The translations under genes and the position numbers were made by a program. 64,000 bases of DNA from an uncultured Nitrososphaerota archaeon (GTDB lineage: Archaea; Thermoproteota; Nitrososphaeria; Nitrososphaerales; Gagatemarchaeaceae): contig OY969807.1 in assembly GCA_963703285.1 (NCBI GenBank), forward strand, positions 864,001-928,000, written 5' to 3'. The notes below the pieces were generated by a model, which had not been told where the DNA came from, did no database searches, and was given only the letters and a program-made list of their open reading frames with translations. Numbering within the stretch: position 1 is the first letter of the stretch; every line of letters begins with the position of its first letter. Positions 29,922-40,063 of this stretch are shown here, piece by piece.

Positions 29922-30488
29922 ATGGCAAAGGAATCGGTCGCTCGAACGGTCGTCGTCTTCGGAGTCGTGATTCTGATAGCAGCGAGCTTGGGCGTCTACG
30001 GGATGGACATGAGAATCAGCGCTGCGACGTCGGCACCACCCACCACTTCCAGCATTCTCACCAGCTCCGCGACCGAGTCCACGACAACGACCAGCACAAG
30101 CGAGCCTAGCTCAACGTCGAGCACGACAGAGACTACGACAACGTCGAGCACTGCGGCGTCCAGCACAACGTCCACGGCGACGGGCGCGATAACGTTCTCG
30201 AGCCCCGCGTCGGGCGCATACATCATGCAGGGCCAGAGCCTCAACATCTCAGGAACCATCAACCCAACACCGACGTTACCTGATAGCGTCCTCATCCAGG
30301 TGCAGGAACAGAGCACCGTGGGCGACATCGACTCGGGGACGGCGGCCGTCCAAACTGGCGGTATGTTCTCCTACTCGATAGTGATAGGCTCCACCTGGGA
30401 CAACGCGATTTACATCATAACGGTCACCGACTCTTACGGCGCTTCCGGGAGCGAGAACATCGTGGTAAACTCGATGCCGTTTCCATGA
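29922..30488 (+). CDS. Membrane-anchored Ser/Thr-rich surface protein with Ig-like C-terminal domain
   Basis: N-terminal TM, S/T tract, beta-sandwich-like tail; paralogue at 40064-40597. Confidence 0.8.
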   Translation: MAKESVARTVVVFGVVILIAASLGVYGMDMRISAATSAPPTTSSILTSSATESTTTTSTSEPSSTSSTTETTTTSSTAASSTTSTATGAITFSSPASGAYIMQGQSLNISGTINPTPTLPDSVLIQVQEQSTVGDIDSGTAAVQTGGMFSYSIVIGSTWDNAIYIITVTDSYGASGSENIVVNSMPFP

Positions 30489-30879
30489 GTTGAAAGAACG
30501 ACTGGACGATTTCGCTGCGGGACCAGCTCCCCTAACTCTTCAATGGCGCCGGTACACCCAACATGACCTTGGTAAACTCCTCGACCAAGTCCTCCGACCT
30601 GTCGGCGTCCCTGGTGAAAGGGCATTTGTTCCTGGTGAGGCCAACTCCCTTCGGAGTCCACCCCCTTCTCGTGAATCTCGATGCGGTCTGACCGCTTCTT
30701 TGGCTCTCTCTCGAGCTGATCTTTCTAATGCCGCACAACCTTGTTATCCTGTCTCCTCACAGAACGTTCTCGATTGCTTACGTGGTTCGTCCCCACGGTC
30801 TACAGGCCAGGAGCAAGACCCTAACTATCTTGCGCCAGAACGGGAGAGATTCCTCATGACTAGCGGGCTGCCGCTCGAA

Positions 30880-31070
30880 TAGTCCTCGCCTGCCCCACTG
30901 GCACGGGACAATGCGATTCTTCAGCAACGTGAGGCAACTCAGCCGAGGTCGACGCGAGCCAGCGGCACATCGTCCACTGCCACAGGCGCGATAACGTTCT
31001 CGAGCCCAGGGGCGGGCACGACGTTCGTCGCGGTCAGACTTTGACCGTCTCGGGAGCCACAAACCCGTCT
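30880..31070 (+). pseudogene. Decayed copy of the Ser/Thr-rich surface protein gene
   Basis: cgtccactgccacaggcgcgataacgttctcgagccc (about 30971-31007) matches cgtccacggcgacgggcgcgataacgttctcgagccc at about 30169-30205; boundaries approximate. Confidence 0.6.
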
Positions 31071-31268
31071 GAAAGACCGCGAGGCAGCAGACCGGCGAAA
31101 CTATGAGCTAGCGGTGCTCAAATCCCCAGTAGAACACCCGAACTCGGGCAATCGGGCGTGAAAGACGGTGCAGATCGACCGGATGCTCTGAAACAAGTTC
31201 GTTCAATGCAGATTCGACAGTGTTGACCGGGGCAATCAACTCTCGGCCCAGCAATTCTGGCTGAAGGG

Positions 31269-32040
31269 CTATAGGGGTATCAGCTTCAAGATCAACTGGA
31301 GCGCGAAGGCCCACATTACGAGTCCGAATCCCACTTTGACCCAGTTTGCGCGCGTCCGCACCATGAGTCTGGCGCCCAGAGTTCCGCCGACGGCTACGGC
31401 TAGGAGGGTTGGAAGGATTAGGGAGTAGTCTAGGTGCCCGAAAGCAGAATGGCCCAAGACGCCGAACAGGGATGAAAAGATCACGACAAACCCCGCAGTT
31501 CCTGCCGACAACTTCGTTGGAACCTTGTATGCGAATATCAGGAAGGGAACGATAAGGATTCCGCCGCCTACGCCCAAGAGTCCTGAGATAACTCCGACCC
31601 CAAGACTGAAGAGTACTATGATTGCGTAGGTCAGTCGCGATGGCCGCTTCTGACCAACTTCGGCCACTTGCGTCTTCTCCCAGTGCGTGTACACCATCCT
31701 GCTCCCTGCTCCTCCGAGGAAGACGACGAAAATCCACAATAGCAAGGTAGTACTGACGAAGTTTCCGGCCGCACCGCCGAGGAACGACCCCACTACAATT
31801 CCTGGAATGAAACGCGAGAGCAAGACGGAGGTCGACAAGCCTAGAGCGATAGTACACGATGGTAGCGAACAACGCCGTAATCAGGTTGAGGACGAGTGAC
31901 GCGGAGACGGATACGAGGGTCGCATAGCCCAGGATGAAGAGGATAGGAGTGTAGAGCGACCCTCCACCCTGACCGAACATGGAGAAGACAAACGAAACGA
32001 GAAAGACCGAAACGATCGCGACTCCCAACAGGAGGTCCAT
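31269..32040 (-). CDS. TauE/SafE (TSUP) family exporter, split by a +1 frameshift at about 31811
   Basis: SMFGQGGG in one frame and GLLGVGGGILIVP in another; the frames join if one T of GCG TTT CAT is removed. Confidence 0.85.
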
Positions 32041-32052
32041 TCATGCGTCATC

Positions 32053-32766
32053 TCACTGCCCGCCCCTCAGGACGTCCGATCGCGCCTCCGTGAATCCTGA
32101 GCAGGCTATGCAGAGTGGCTTCCCTTCTACCAGCCGGACGTATCGCTCGAAGACGTATTCTCCGCATCGACTGCACTTGATCTTAGCGAACGAGCCCTTC
32201 GGCCTGCTGAACGTGAAGTCGGGCAGGCGCTCGATCTTGAACATCTGATTGTCGGGAGTCAAGAGGACAATGTCGACAGCTCTTTGCGTGACCTCTTTGG
32301 GTATGTCCGAGGGTTCGATACCCCGCTTTCGGTAGGCGAAGAACTCCTGCTTGCCGAGCTCGTCTTGGAAATCCGACTGAAGGTAGACACGCACAGCTCC
32401 CTTGCCTGGTGCGAAGAGGATTGTGGCCATCTTTCCGTACCCAAGCCGTTCAATCATCAGCTTACCGTAGGTGCATCCTGTCGCCGACATGACACCATCC
32501 GCCATACAAGTCTCCGGATGGCCGACCCCGATCTCGACGAGAGCGTAGACACCGTGATCCTTGACGCGCTCAACCCCGAGCTCGCGCATCGCGACCACCC
32601 CCATCCTGTGCCCTATCGGCATGAAGGGACATCTGTGACCATGAAACTCCCAAGTCCAATCGGGCAAAATTCCGCCAGTTACCAACTCCAATTTCTGACG
32701 CCCGATAGACGCCTGCCTCGTGGGGCTATTTATTCCCGGAACACGATTTTCAATATTGAGAATCAA
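32053..32766 (-). CDS. FmdE-like protein with C-terminal zinc finger (true start probably about 32680)
   Basis: EFHGHRCP, TCMADG..TGCTYGK, CSRCGE...CIAC. Confidence 0.88.
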   Translation of the reverse strand: MILNIENRVPGINSPTRQASIGRQKLELVTGGILPDWTWEFHGHRCPFMPIGHRMGVVAMRELGVERVKDHGVYALVEIGVGHPETCMADGVMSATGCTYGKLMIERLGYGKMATILFAPGKGAVRVYLQSDFQDELGKQEFFAYRKRGIEPSDIPKEVTQRAVDIVLLTPDNQMFKIERLPDFTFSRPKGSFAKIKCSRCGEYVFERYVRLVEGKPLCIACSGFTEARSDVLRGGQ

Positions 32767-32768
32767 TT

Positions 32769-32791
32769 ATCATACATTAATATATGTTGAT
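32769..32791. promoter_or_regulatory. Putative ArsR operator 1 (imperfect palindrome ATCATACATTAATATATGTTGAT)
   Basis: AT-rich dyad between the divergent fmdE-like gene and arsR; related sequence upstream of arsR2. Confidence 0.55.
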
Positions 32792-32817
32792 GGATGACCA
32801 GTTGCTAGGGCGAGACG

Positions 32818-33192
32818 TTGCCAGGACAGAGCAAGTCGGTCCAGAAGCTGATTCAGCTTGGAATCTGCCACCCGTCGGAGATCAGACGGGCCAAGGCTGA
32901 CGCTGAGAAACTCGAATCTCCAAAGAGTGCGGTAAAGATTCGGCGGGCAGAGAAGCTCCTTGGAATCATAGGCGAGGCCAACAGAATCAAGATTCTTCTA
33001 CTTCTCTCCAAGCGAGAAATGTGCGTCTGTGAGCTTGAATCTGCCCTTGGATTGCCTCAACCGACCGTGTCACATCATCTCGGCCTCTTGGAGCAGGCCG
33101 ACTTGGTCCAAAGGAGCAAGAAGGAGAGGTGGGTGTTCTACAGAGCGCGCGACTCGCCCGCCTTTGACCTTGTGAAAGGACTAGTTTCGTAG
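32818..33192 (+). CDS. arsR: ArsR/SmtB family repressor
   Basis: NRIKIL...EMCVCEL...QPTVSHHL, with the CVC As(III) site. Confidence 0.93.
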   Translation: MPGQSKSVQKLIQLGICHPSEIRRAKADAEKLESPKSAVKIRRAEKLLGIIGEANRIKILLLLSKREMCVCELESALGLPQPTVSHHLGLLEQADLVQRSKKERWVFYRARDSPAFDLVKGLVS

Positions 33193-33193
33193 G

Positions 33194-33627
33194 TGATTGG
33201 TTTGTCTGAAGAAAGTCACAAGACACTGTTCCTCAATGTGGAGAACACCGGGCCCAGCCAGATGGTTGGGGCTTTCGCTAGGAGGAAAGGACTCCAAGCA
33301 TCGAGCGGCGCGACTCAGCCTGCCCAGTCGGTCAATTCGGCTCTGGTAAGGGGGATGGCTGAAAGGGCGTTCGAGTTTTCTCTCAAGAGGCCGAAGGTGT
33401 TCACCACCGCGATGATCGACGAAGCCGACCTTGTCATCGCCATGGGCCATTCAATCGAGAAGGCCTGCCCGAGGCCGATGCTCGACACAATGCAGAAGAT
33501 GGTTATCGACTGGAATCTCGACGACCCGAAAGGGGAATCAATCCTTGAGGGGAGGAAGATTTGGAATGAGATTGAGAGGAGGTTCGAGGAGCCTGCGAAG
33601 AACCGAGACTTGGTTTCCTCACTTTGA
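33194..33627 (+). CDS. arsC: ArsC/LMW-PTP arsenate reductase homologue lacking catalytic residues (start uncertain)
   Basis: FLNVENTGPSQM in place of FxCxxNxxRSQM; ADLVIAMG, ACP, DWNLDDP retained. Confidence 0.8.
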
Positions 33628-33662
33628 CCGGGGAACAGAAGTAGGCAAGGGACAAGCTAATC

Positions 33663-34781
33663 ATGGCATATAGACCAACGGGCCGTCTGAAGTCCCTCGA
33701 CAGATTCCTCACTGTTTGGATATTCCTGGCGATGGCCGTCGGGGTTGGCCTGGGTTACGTGTTTCCGTCGATTTCCAGTTCCATAAACTCCTTGAGCGTC
33801 GGGACCACATCAATCCCAATAGCGCTGGGACTGATCTGGATGATGTATCCTCCCCTGGCGCGGGTTCGGTATGAGGATCTGGGGAAGATAGTCCGGATGA
33901 AGGGCTCCAAAACCATGCTTTCCATGTCTCTAATCCTCAATTGGCTGGTTGGTCCCCTTCTAATGTTCACATTGGCTTGGGTGTTCCTGGCCAACTACCC
34001 CGGCTTGAGGGACGGGGTCATCGTGATTGGGGTAGCTAGATGCATCGCCATGGTAATCGTGTGGAATGGCCTGGCCGACGGGGATAGCGAATGGGCTGCG
34101 ATCCTTGTGGCCTTGAACTCCGTCTTCCAGATCGTGTTCTTTAGTGTCCTGACCTATTTCTATGTGACCCTGGCAAGCTCTTGGATTTCTGGACAGGGGA
34201 CGGTAGTCAACATCTCTCTTCTTGAAGTCGCCCAGTCGGTCGTAATCTACCTGGGAATCCCATTCTTTGGCGGGATTGGGACAAGGTTCTTTTTCCTGAG
34301 GATGAAGGGAAAGTCGTGGTATGACCGGGTCCTGATGCGGAGACTGGCGCCGACGTCTCTCGTCGCACTGCTGTTCACAATAATCGTCATGTTCTCGCTC
34401 AAGGGGCAGTATATCGTCAACCTTCCACTCGATGTAATCCGGGTCGCCATCCCTCTGCTGCTCTATTTCGTAATCATGTTCTTCACCTCGTTCGGCCTCG
34501 GTCTTTACTCGAAGATGGACTACAGGAGGACCACCACTCTCGCGTTTACTGCCGCCAGCAACAACTTTGAGCTGGCCATTGCTGTCGCGGTCTCCGTCTT
34601 TGGCCTGGCCTCCCAAGAAGCTTTTGCTACCGTGATAGGGCCACTAATCGAGGTGCCGGTCATGATTAGCCTTGTGAATGTTGCTTTTTTGCTTCGGAAG
34701 AGATTTTTCACTCCCCCGAAAGTCCTAGACGAGAGAGAAATTACTGCGGCAGGCGCAGGAAGTCCGGCATTGAAAGGCTAA
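33663..34781 (+). CDS. acr3: Acr3 arsenite efflux transporter
   Basis: [46 protein letters not shown]. Confidence 0.96.
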   Translation: MAYRPTGRLKSLDRFLTVWIFLAMAVGVGLGYVFPSISSSINSLSVGTTSIPIALGLIWMMYPPLARVRYEDLGKIVRMKGSKTMLSMSLILNWLVGPLLMFTLAWVFLANYPGLRDGVIVIGVARCIAMVIVWNGLADGDSEWAAILVALNSVFQIVFFSVLTYFYVTLASSWISGQGTVVNISLLEVAQSVVIYLGIPFFGGIGTRFFFLRMKGKSWYDRVLMRRLAPTSLVALLFTIIVMFSLKGQYIVNLPLDVIRVAIPLLLYFVIMFFTSFGLGLYSKMDYRRTTTLAFTAASNNFELAIAVAVSVFGLASQEAFATVIGPLIEVPVMISLVNVAFLLRKRFFTPPKVLDEREITAAGAGSPALKG

Positions 34782-34880
34782 AGGCTCAGGCGTGCAAGAC
34801 CATGCAAGGAAATCCGAAGTCGTTGTTTTCGGAACCTAACTTCCTAGAGCTCGATTCCGGGGAGCGAGTTGCGAAGTAGA

Positions 34881-35108
34881 ATGAGCACCCCTGATCTTGG
34901 TATGATATCCAGGCGTCTGAGGCTATTGGGTTTTGAAATACTCGCAGGGTCTCTTTTCGTGCTTGCTTTGGTTGTCTACATCTGGGCATTGAACGAAGGG
35001 TCAGCGCTGCAGACTGTGTTTCTCTGGATGGCAATCGTCCTGGTCGTGCTGTCCATAGCGGGAGTTCTAATCCTGGTGGATGCCAGAAGGCTCTCAAAAT
35101 CGGACTGA
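34881..35108 (+). CDS. Small two-TM membrane protein
   Basis: Two hydrophobic helices; ATG at 34881. Confidence 0.55.
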   Translation: MSTPDLGMISRRLRLLGFEILAGSLFVLALVVYIWALNEGSALQTVFLWMAIVLVVLSIAGVLILVDARRLSKSD

Positions 35109-35251
35109 TGACTGGAATACTTACGTGCGAGTAAACAGGGATGAAGTCGAGGAGCGAGTTACTGAGATTTCGACGAATTATCAGAGAGTTTCTTCGCCGT
35201 GGCGAGTTTACTTTCAGGTGTAGTGTGGTTATCATTTTTGAGAATGGCCTA

Positions 35252-35283
35252 CGATGTATTAATACACATCGATATAACGATGC
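35252..35283. promoter_or_regulatory. Putative ArsR operator 2 (CGATGT-ATTAATAC-ACATCG)
   Basis: 6-bp inverted repeat around a TATA-like core just upstream of arsR2. Confidence 0.55.
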
Positions 35284-35295
35284 GACGATTCAAAA

Positions 35296-35673
35296 TTGTC
35301 CTCGAGTTCTTCGAGGTCCGTTCAGAGGCTGATTCAGTTTGGAATCTGTGGAATTGAGGATATCAGAGAGGCCAAGGCCGACGCCAAGACGCTTTCGTCA
35401 CGAGAGTGCTCGGAGAGGATTCGACGGGCGGAAAGGCTCTTTGCAGCCGTGAGCGAGCCCAACAGGATCAAGATTCTCCTGCTTCTGTCCAAAAAGGAGA
35501 TGTGCGTCTGTGCGCTCGAATCGGCGCTCGGGCTGCGCCAGCCGACCCTCTCGCACCACCTGGGGCTCTTGGAACAGGCCGAATTGCTGCAGAGGACCAA
35601 GAGAGAGAGGTGGGTGTTCTACAAGCTGCGCGACTCGCCGGTGACGGACCTCCTCAGGGCCCTGGTGTTGTAG
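35296..35673 (+). CDS. arsR: Second ArsR/SmtB family repressor
   Basis: Close paralogue of 32818-33192 (SVQRLIQFGIC, EMCVCAL, ERWVFY). Confidence 0.92.
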   Translation: MSSSSSRSVQRLIQFGICGIEDIREAKADAKTLSSRECSERIRRAERLFAAVSEPNRIKILLLLSKKEMCVCALESALGLRQPTLSHHLGLLEQAELLQRTKRERWVFYKLRDSPVTDLLRALVL

Positions 35674-36009
35674 GTGATTCGCTTTTGATTCCCCGTCGGA
35701 AACTCTTCGGGACGAAAGAGGGAAGCACGCAGCGGGTGGAAAACCTAGAGGAGAGAGTGGAGGCTTATCGCCATTACGCAATGCATCCCTCGAAAATCCG
35801 AAGTTCGTCTCGTGGAGATGGCAAGAGTGGGAACCCAACGGCGTTGGAGGGCAGCTGTTAGCGTGAAGGTAGCGACCCCCAATGCCGTCCCATCCCCGCC
35901 CTCGAACGTCGCTTCCAGAGAAAGCGCCGAAGACGTTTCAGACTTCAGGAAGCTGCCCAGGGCCGGCTGACCCAGCCGTCCGAATATCCGCTCCACACCT
36001 CTCGACTCC

Positions 36010-37659
36010 TTGGAGGTCGTCCCGTTGAGCGCCGCTGTCGTCCTCGCAATCGTTCTTTACGAGTCTTTCATGGGTATCCTGCTGATCGCGGTAGGCGGGA
36101 GCGTCATCGTCTCCGTCACCGCCCTGTTCGCGCGTCTGCTGCGGGACGAGAGATACTCCGACTGCCTCGCGGTCTACTCGAAAGCGTCAGCTGCGCTGCT
36201 TGCGGCAGCTTGCGCTCTCCTGATCCTGGCGATCGAGGTCGCTGGCCAACTGAGCCCAACTCCATCCATGCTCCTCACGTTCCTCGCCCCCGTCTGGGCA
36301 GTCCCGCTGACGATTACCGCCGTATTGCTGTTCGTCTCCACTGGCCTGATGTTCCAGTACCACAGGGTGCAGGGCGGACTCGGGGGTAACTACGACCCTT
36401 CTGTCCTCCGGACGAACCTCCTGGCCGGTTCTGCCGCCTTCACGGGGTGCCTCTCGCTCCTCTTCTTCAACCTCGTCAACTCCTACACGATCACGCCTTC
36501 CTTGCCCTCGAGCCTGCCCGTCGTAGTCCAGGCAGGGAGCCTCGCCTCTCTGACCCAGTTGGGGCTCATGGTCAACACGAGCTGGATTCCGCTCACGATC
36601 AAGCTGCTCCTGATCGGCTGCGTCGCGTTCTCGGTCCTCTTCTCGGGCGCTGCGGCCCTGCGCAAGATGAGGAGCAGGGGAGGAGAGGGGGAGGCGAAGC
36701 TCGCCTTCGTGGTCTCGTGGGGTTTCAAGACGGCGATTGTCTTCGGCGCATCTTTGGGTATCATAGGATACTGGTGCGCGGCGATATTACACTCGGAAGA
36801 ACCGACCCTAGCGAGCGCGCTCATGGGCGTCGCCATGAAGGGCACGAGCGCAGCCCTGGTGGGGAGCATGAGCGTTCTTTGGGACGTGGGGACGGCGGGG
36901 GCGATGAGTCTTGGGGCGCTCGCTGGCGTCTATTATCTGTCCAGGGGGAGGGGCGTCATAGTGCGAGGAAGCAGCGAGCAGAGGGTGCTGAGGATGTTCC
37001 TCCCCCTGTTGCTCGTCTTGCTCGCTGTCGGAACGTACGGGGTTCTCTTTGCCGGCGTATCGTACCCGCAGCAGTTCGTCCTTGCCATAGGGGTCATTCT
37101 CGGAGGATACCTCATTCTGGAGGCGCTCAGGCGATACGATCTGGGGCAGGCAAGGCTCTACGTCCCGGCGCTGGTCTTCACCGCCTCGTGCTACGCGCTG
37201 CTGCTCTACCAGGCGCCCAACACCCTCTGGTATGACGCCGCGGCCTATGGTGGAATCTCCTGGCCGCTCATAGGCTTCCCGCTCCTCGCGGTGACCGTCT
37301 ACTACTTCGCAACCCGCTGGAGGGATGTGAAGTACTGGATTCCGGTCACTGTCGCTGCCATGGTCCTTCTGATTATCACGGTGAAGCTAGCGGACGTGGC
37401 GATGCTCAGGGGGTCAACGATCGTGGCATTGGACCCGACGTTGGCGTCCGTCGTGCAGAGCTGGGCGCTTCAGACCGGCAACGGCCTAACCTTCCTGTAC
37501 CAGCAGTACCCCATCCCCACCGATTCAGACCTTTTTGTTGGCCTGCTCTTCTCGCTTCTCATCTTCCTAGGCGTGTATTACTGCTTCGTGAGGGCAGTGT
37601 CGCCAAGAAATCTTACGACTTTCGACGGGACAAAGAGGGCTGCGGAGGTGCGCCAGTAG
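36010..37659 (+). CDS. Polytopic membrane protein with a cytochrome bd subunit I (CydA)-like N-half, heme ligands absent
   Basis: By-eye alignment: RDERY..VYSK, VPLTITAV, LVNSYTITP, MVNTSWIPLTIK, IGYW..ILHSEEPT correspond to CydA helices 1-6. Confidence 0.6.
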   Translation: MEVVPLSAAVVLAIVLYESFMGILLIAVGGSVIVSVTALFARLLRDERYSDCLAVYSKASAALLAAACALLILAIEVAGQLSPTPSMLLTFLAPVWAVPLTITAVLLFVSTGLMFQYHRVQGGLGGNYDPSVLRTNLLAGSAAFTGCLSLLFFNLVNSYTITPSLPSSLPVVVQAGSLASLTQLGLMVNTSWIPLTIKLLLIGCVAFSVLFSGAAALRKMRSRGGEGEAKLAFVVSWGFKTAIVFGASLGIIGYWCAAILHSEEPTLASALMGVAMKGTSAALVGSMSVLWDVGTAGAMSLGALAGVYYLSRGRGVIVRGSSEQRVLRMFLPLLLVLLAVGTYGVLFAGVSYPQQFVLAIGVILGGYLILEALRRYDLGQARLYVPALVFTASCYALLLYQAPNTLWYDAAAYGGISWPLIGFPLLAVTVYYFATRWRDVKYWIPVTVAAMVLLIITVKLADVAMLRGSTIVALDPTLASVVQSWALQTGNGLTFLYQQYPIPTDSDLFVGLLFSLLIFLGVYYCFVRAVSPRNLTTFDGTKRAAEVRQ

Positions 37660-37661
37660 AG

Positions 37662-38195
37662 TTGCCAGACGTAAGCAGGAGGTCAGTCCTCAAGCTGCTG
37701 ATGGTCATATCGACCGTGCTGGTCATCGCTCCCCTCGCTACCTTGGTCCGCTACCTGAACATCCCCTACGTCTTCCAGCCCGTGAAAGCGCAGATAGAGG
37801 GAGCGTCAACCATGTCGAACGACTCGTCCTTGGACTTTCAGTGGCCCACCCCGACACGGCCCTTCGACACGAACCTGCTGATCAGGGACGACACGGGTAA
37901 CTACTACGCCTACAACCGTGTGTGCACCCACCTGCAGTGCTTTGTGAACTACGACCCGGTCTCCGAAACAATCCAGTGCCCATGTCACGGGAGCAGGTAC
38001 GACGCCCACACCGGCGAGGTAATCAGCGGGCCGGCGCCGAGAGCGCTCCCGCAGATAGTCCTCGAGATCGACGCTAACGGCAACGTCTACGCCGTGAACG
38101 CCATCGGGAGCTTCGGAGTCGGAAGAACGGCGACGGCGGACCAGGAGTCGAAGAAGGACCCGCCGCGTGGGCGCCTCTCAGACCTCGGTGATTGA
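37662..38195 (+). CDS. Tat-exported Rieske 2Fe-2S protein (SoxL/PetA-like)
   Basis: SRRSVLK Tat signal, CTHLQC and CPCHGSRYD, GPAPRALP. Confidence 0.95.
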   Translation: MPDVSRRSVLKLLMVISTVLVIAPLATLVRYLNIPYVFQPVKAQIEGASTMSNDSSLDFQWPTPTRPFDTNLLIRDDTGNYYAYNRVCTHLQCFVNYDPVSETIQCPCHGSRYDAHTGEVISGPAPRALPQIVLEIDANGNVYAVNAIGSFGVGRTATADQESKKDPPRGRLSDLGD

Positions 38196-38515
38196 AGATG
38201 AAGTTCATGGCCTACGCGGACGACACGATCTGGCTTCTCTTCGGATTGGGGCTGGCAATCATTATTGGAGTCGCGGTCGTCTATGTCTTCTTCGGGGTGT
38301 CCGGCTGGGCCTCCCTTGGGTTCCTGATTACCGGCGCCCTCGTGTCGGCTTCGTACTACCTAGTGGGGACGCATCCCCCGGTAGCCGCAGCGGGAGACAG
38401 CGCGAATGCGATGCTCCCACCACCAGACGAGGCGGAAGCGGCCGATGTTCCGAACGGGGACGTGCCTCTCGGAGAGGTCTCTTCTCAGACCAAGGAAAGG
38501 CGAGTCGTCGAATGA
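38192..38515 (+). CDS. Small two-TM membrane protein of the Rieske/cyt b cluster
   Basis: Overlaps the Rieske stop; two TM helices and an acidic tail. Confidence 0.7.
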   Translation: MKMKFMAYADDTIWLLFGLGLAIIIGVAVVYVFFGVSGWASLGFLITGALVSASYYLVGTHPPVAAAGDSANAMLPPPDEAEAADVPNGDVPLGEVSSQTKERRVVE

Positions 38516-38531
38516 GGAAGCGATACTCCGA

Positions 38532-39917
38532 ATGGTGAAACGAGAGGAGCCTCGTCAGAAAGGAACCGGTCCGGTCGACTGGCTGACCGACAGGGTACGG
38601 CGCACGATCATTCCCAGCTACAACCTTCTCTTCCCGAGGAATCGGAGCAACCCGCTGACCTACCTCGGGTTCCTCACCTTCGTGGCCTTCGGCATCCTCG
38701 GTGTCTCCGGGATCGGCCTGATGGTCTACTACTCCCCCGACTTCACGAACAGCTACACCAGCGTCTCGCAGATCAACAACACGGTCCCCTTCGGCTTCGA
38801 GCTCAGGAACATCCACTACTACGCCTCGGACTTCATGGTCATCCTGGCGCTGGCGCACTGCTTCTACCTGTACTTCGCCGGGAGGTACAGATTCCACAAC
38901 GAAGTGCTCTGGGTTACGGGAATACTCTTCGGCGTTCTGACGGTGCTCGACGCCTACACGGGCTACGTCCTAATCATGAACGACCGTGCCATGATGGCGG
39001 CTAACATCGGCGGGGGCGTCCTGAGCAGCATATCGCCCGGCCTGCAGGTCCTCTTCTTCGGCAACAGCTATTCGGACCTGCTCCTCAGGGTGTACACCCT
39101 GCACATCGCCATACTCCCTGTCTTGATGATACTGCTGGTATTCATCCACTTTCCCCGGACGCTTCAGATCGATGTGCCAATCATCGCGTGGGTCACGGGC
39201 GCGATCGCCGTCGTCGGGGGAATCTGGCCCGTGGCGCTAGGCGCGGCGTTCGTGCCGAACACCACCACCCCCATCACCGTCCCGGAATGGTACCTGAGCG
39301 GCATCTACGCGTTCCTTCGGACGGGGCTTCCCGTCTTCGTGGCGGGGGTCTTCCTTCCCTTCCTGCTTCTCTTCCTCCTTACGCTCGTACCGTTCTACGA
39401 CCCGGCCGTTTCCAAACAGAGTCGCGTGCGGAAGCTCATCGTAGGCTTCGGCGTCGCCGTCATCGCCGACACGACGCTGGTGACAATCTGGGGGTTGAGA
39501 AGCGCCGACCTGACTTCGGCGTTGGCAAGCGTGGCACAGCTCCCAATCACCCCCGTCACTTTCTGGGCGGCCTTCCTCCTGACGGGGGCCCTCGCCATGT
39601 TGGCGACCTGGCTGTTGTATCCTAGCAGGCGAATCGGCGCATCGAATACGATGGTGGGGGGCGGTTACAGGCTCGGACTCGACGATTCAATCATAGCGCT
39701 AGCGGGCATCGCCCTAGGCCAGGCTATCCTTCTCGCCGGGGCGTACCTGGTGAGTGCCGCCTCGCCAGCGGCAGCGCTCGCCCAGGCCGGAGTGGCGGTA
39801 ATCCTCTTCGGAGTGGGGTTGAGGATCTACTCGAACTACAATGTCGAAGACCCGGATGCGTTGAGGACGCTCGATGCAGGGGAGAATGGGGGAGGCATGA
39901 AGGGGGTCCCGACCTAG
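38532..39917 (+). CDS. Cytochrome b (fused b/subunit IV, SoxN/PetB-like)
   Basis: Four His ligands (RNIHYY, LAHCF, TLHIA, FIHFP), PEWY Qo motif, extra C-terminal TMs. Confidence 0.93.
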   Translation: MVKREEPRQKGTGPVDWLTDRVRRTIIPSYNLLFPRNRSNPLTYLGFLTFVAFGILGVSGIGLMVYYSPDFTNSYTSVSQINNTVPFGFELRNIHYYASDFMVILALAHCFYLYFAGRYRFHNEVLWVTGILFGVLTVLDAYTGYVLIMNDRAMMAANIGGGVLSSISPGLQVLFFGNSYSDLLLRVYTLHIAILPVLMILLVFIHFPRTLQIDVPIIAWVTGAIAVVGGIWPVALGAAFVPNTTTPITVPEWYLSGIYAFLRTGLPVFVAGVFLPFLLLFLLTLVPFYDPAVSKQSRVRKLIVGFGVAVIADTTLVTIWGLRSADLTSALASVAQLPITPVTFWAAFLLTGALAMLATWLLYPSRRIGASNTMVGGGYRLGLDDSIIALAGIALGQAILLAGAYLVSAASPAAALAQAGVAVILFGVGLRIYSNYNVEDPDALRTLDAGENGGGMKGVPT

Positions 39918-40063
39918 GATGCCATTCATGTCGAGGTGGACGACGGAAGGCAGGATGCTCATCCTCGCAGAGCCGGCGTGGGGAGATGCGTTCTCAGAAA
40001 GAGGGGCCCGCTGCACCGATGGAACACCCCACCGCTCGAGCCAAGATGGCAGAGGTGATTGAT

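Noticed and set aside
30490-30870. Short ORFs on both strands inside the island
   Set aside because: Probably decayed coding DNA; no family can be supported.
35674-36009. Possible decayed gene (e.g. arsM) after arsR2
   Set aside because: An RBS-like GGTGA is present, but no frame gives a recognisable motif.
37662-38195. Arsenite oxidase small subunit (aioB) call
   Set aside because: No molybdopterin aioA in the window, and the neighbouring PEWY cytochrome b indicates a Rieske/cyt b complex.
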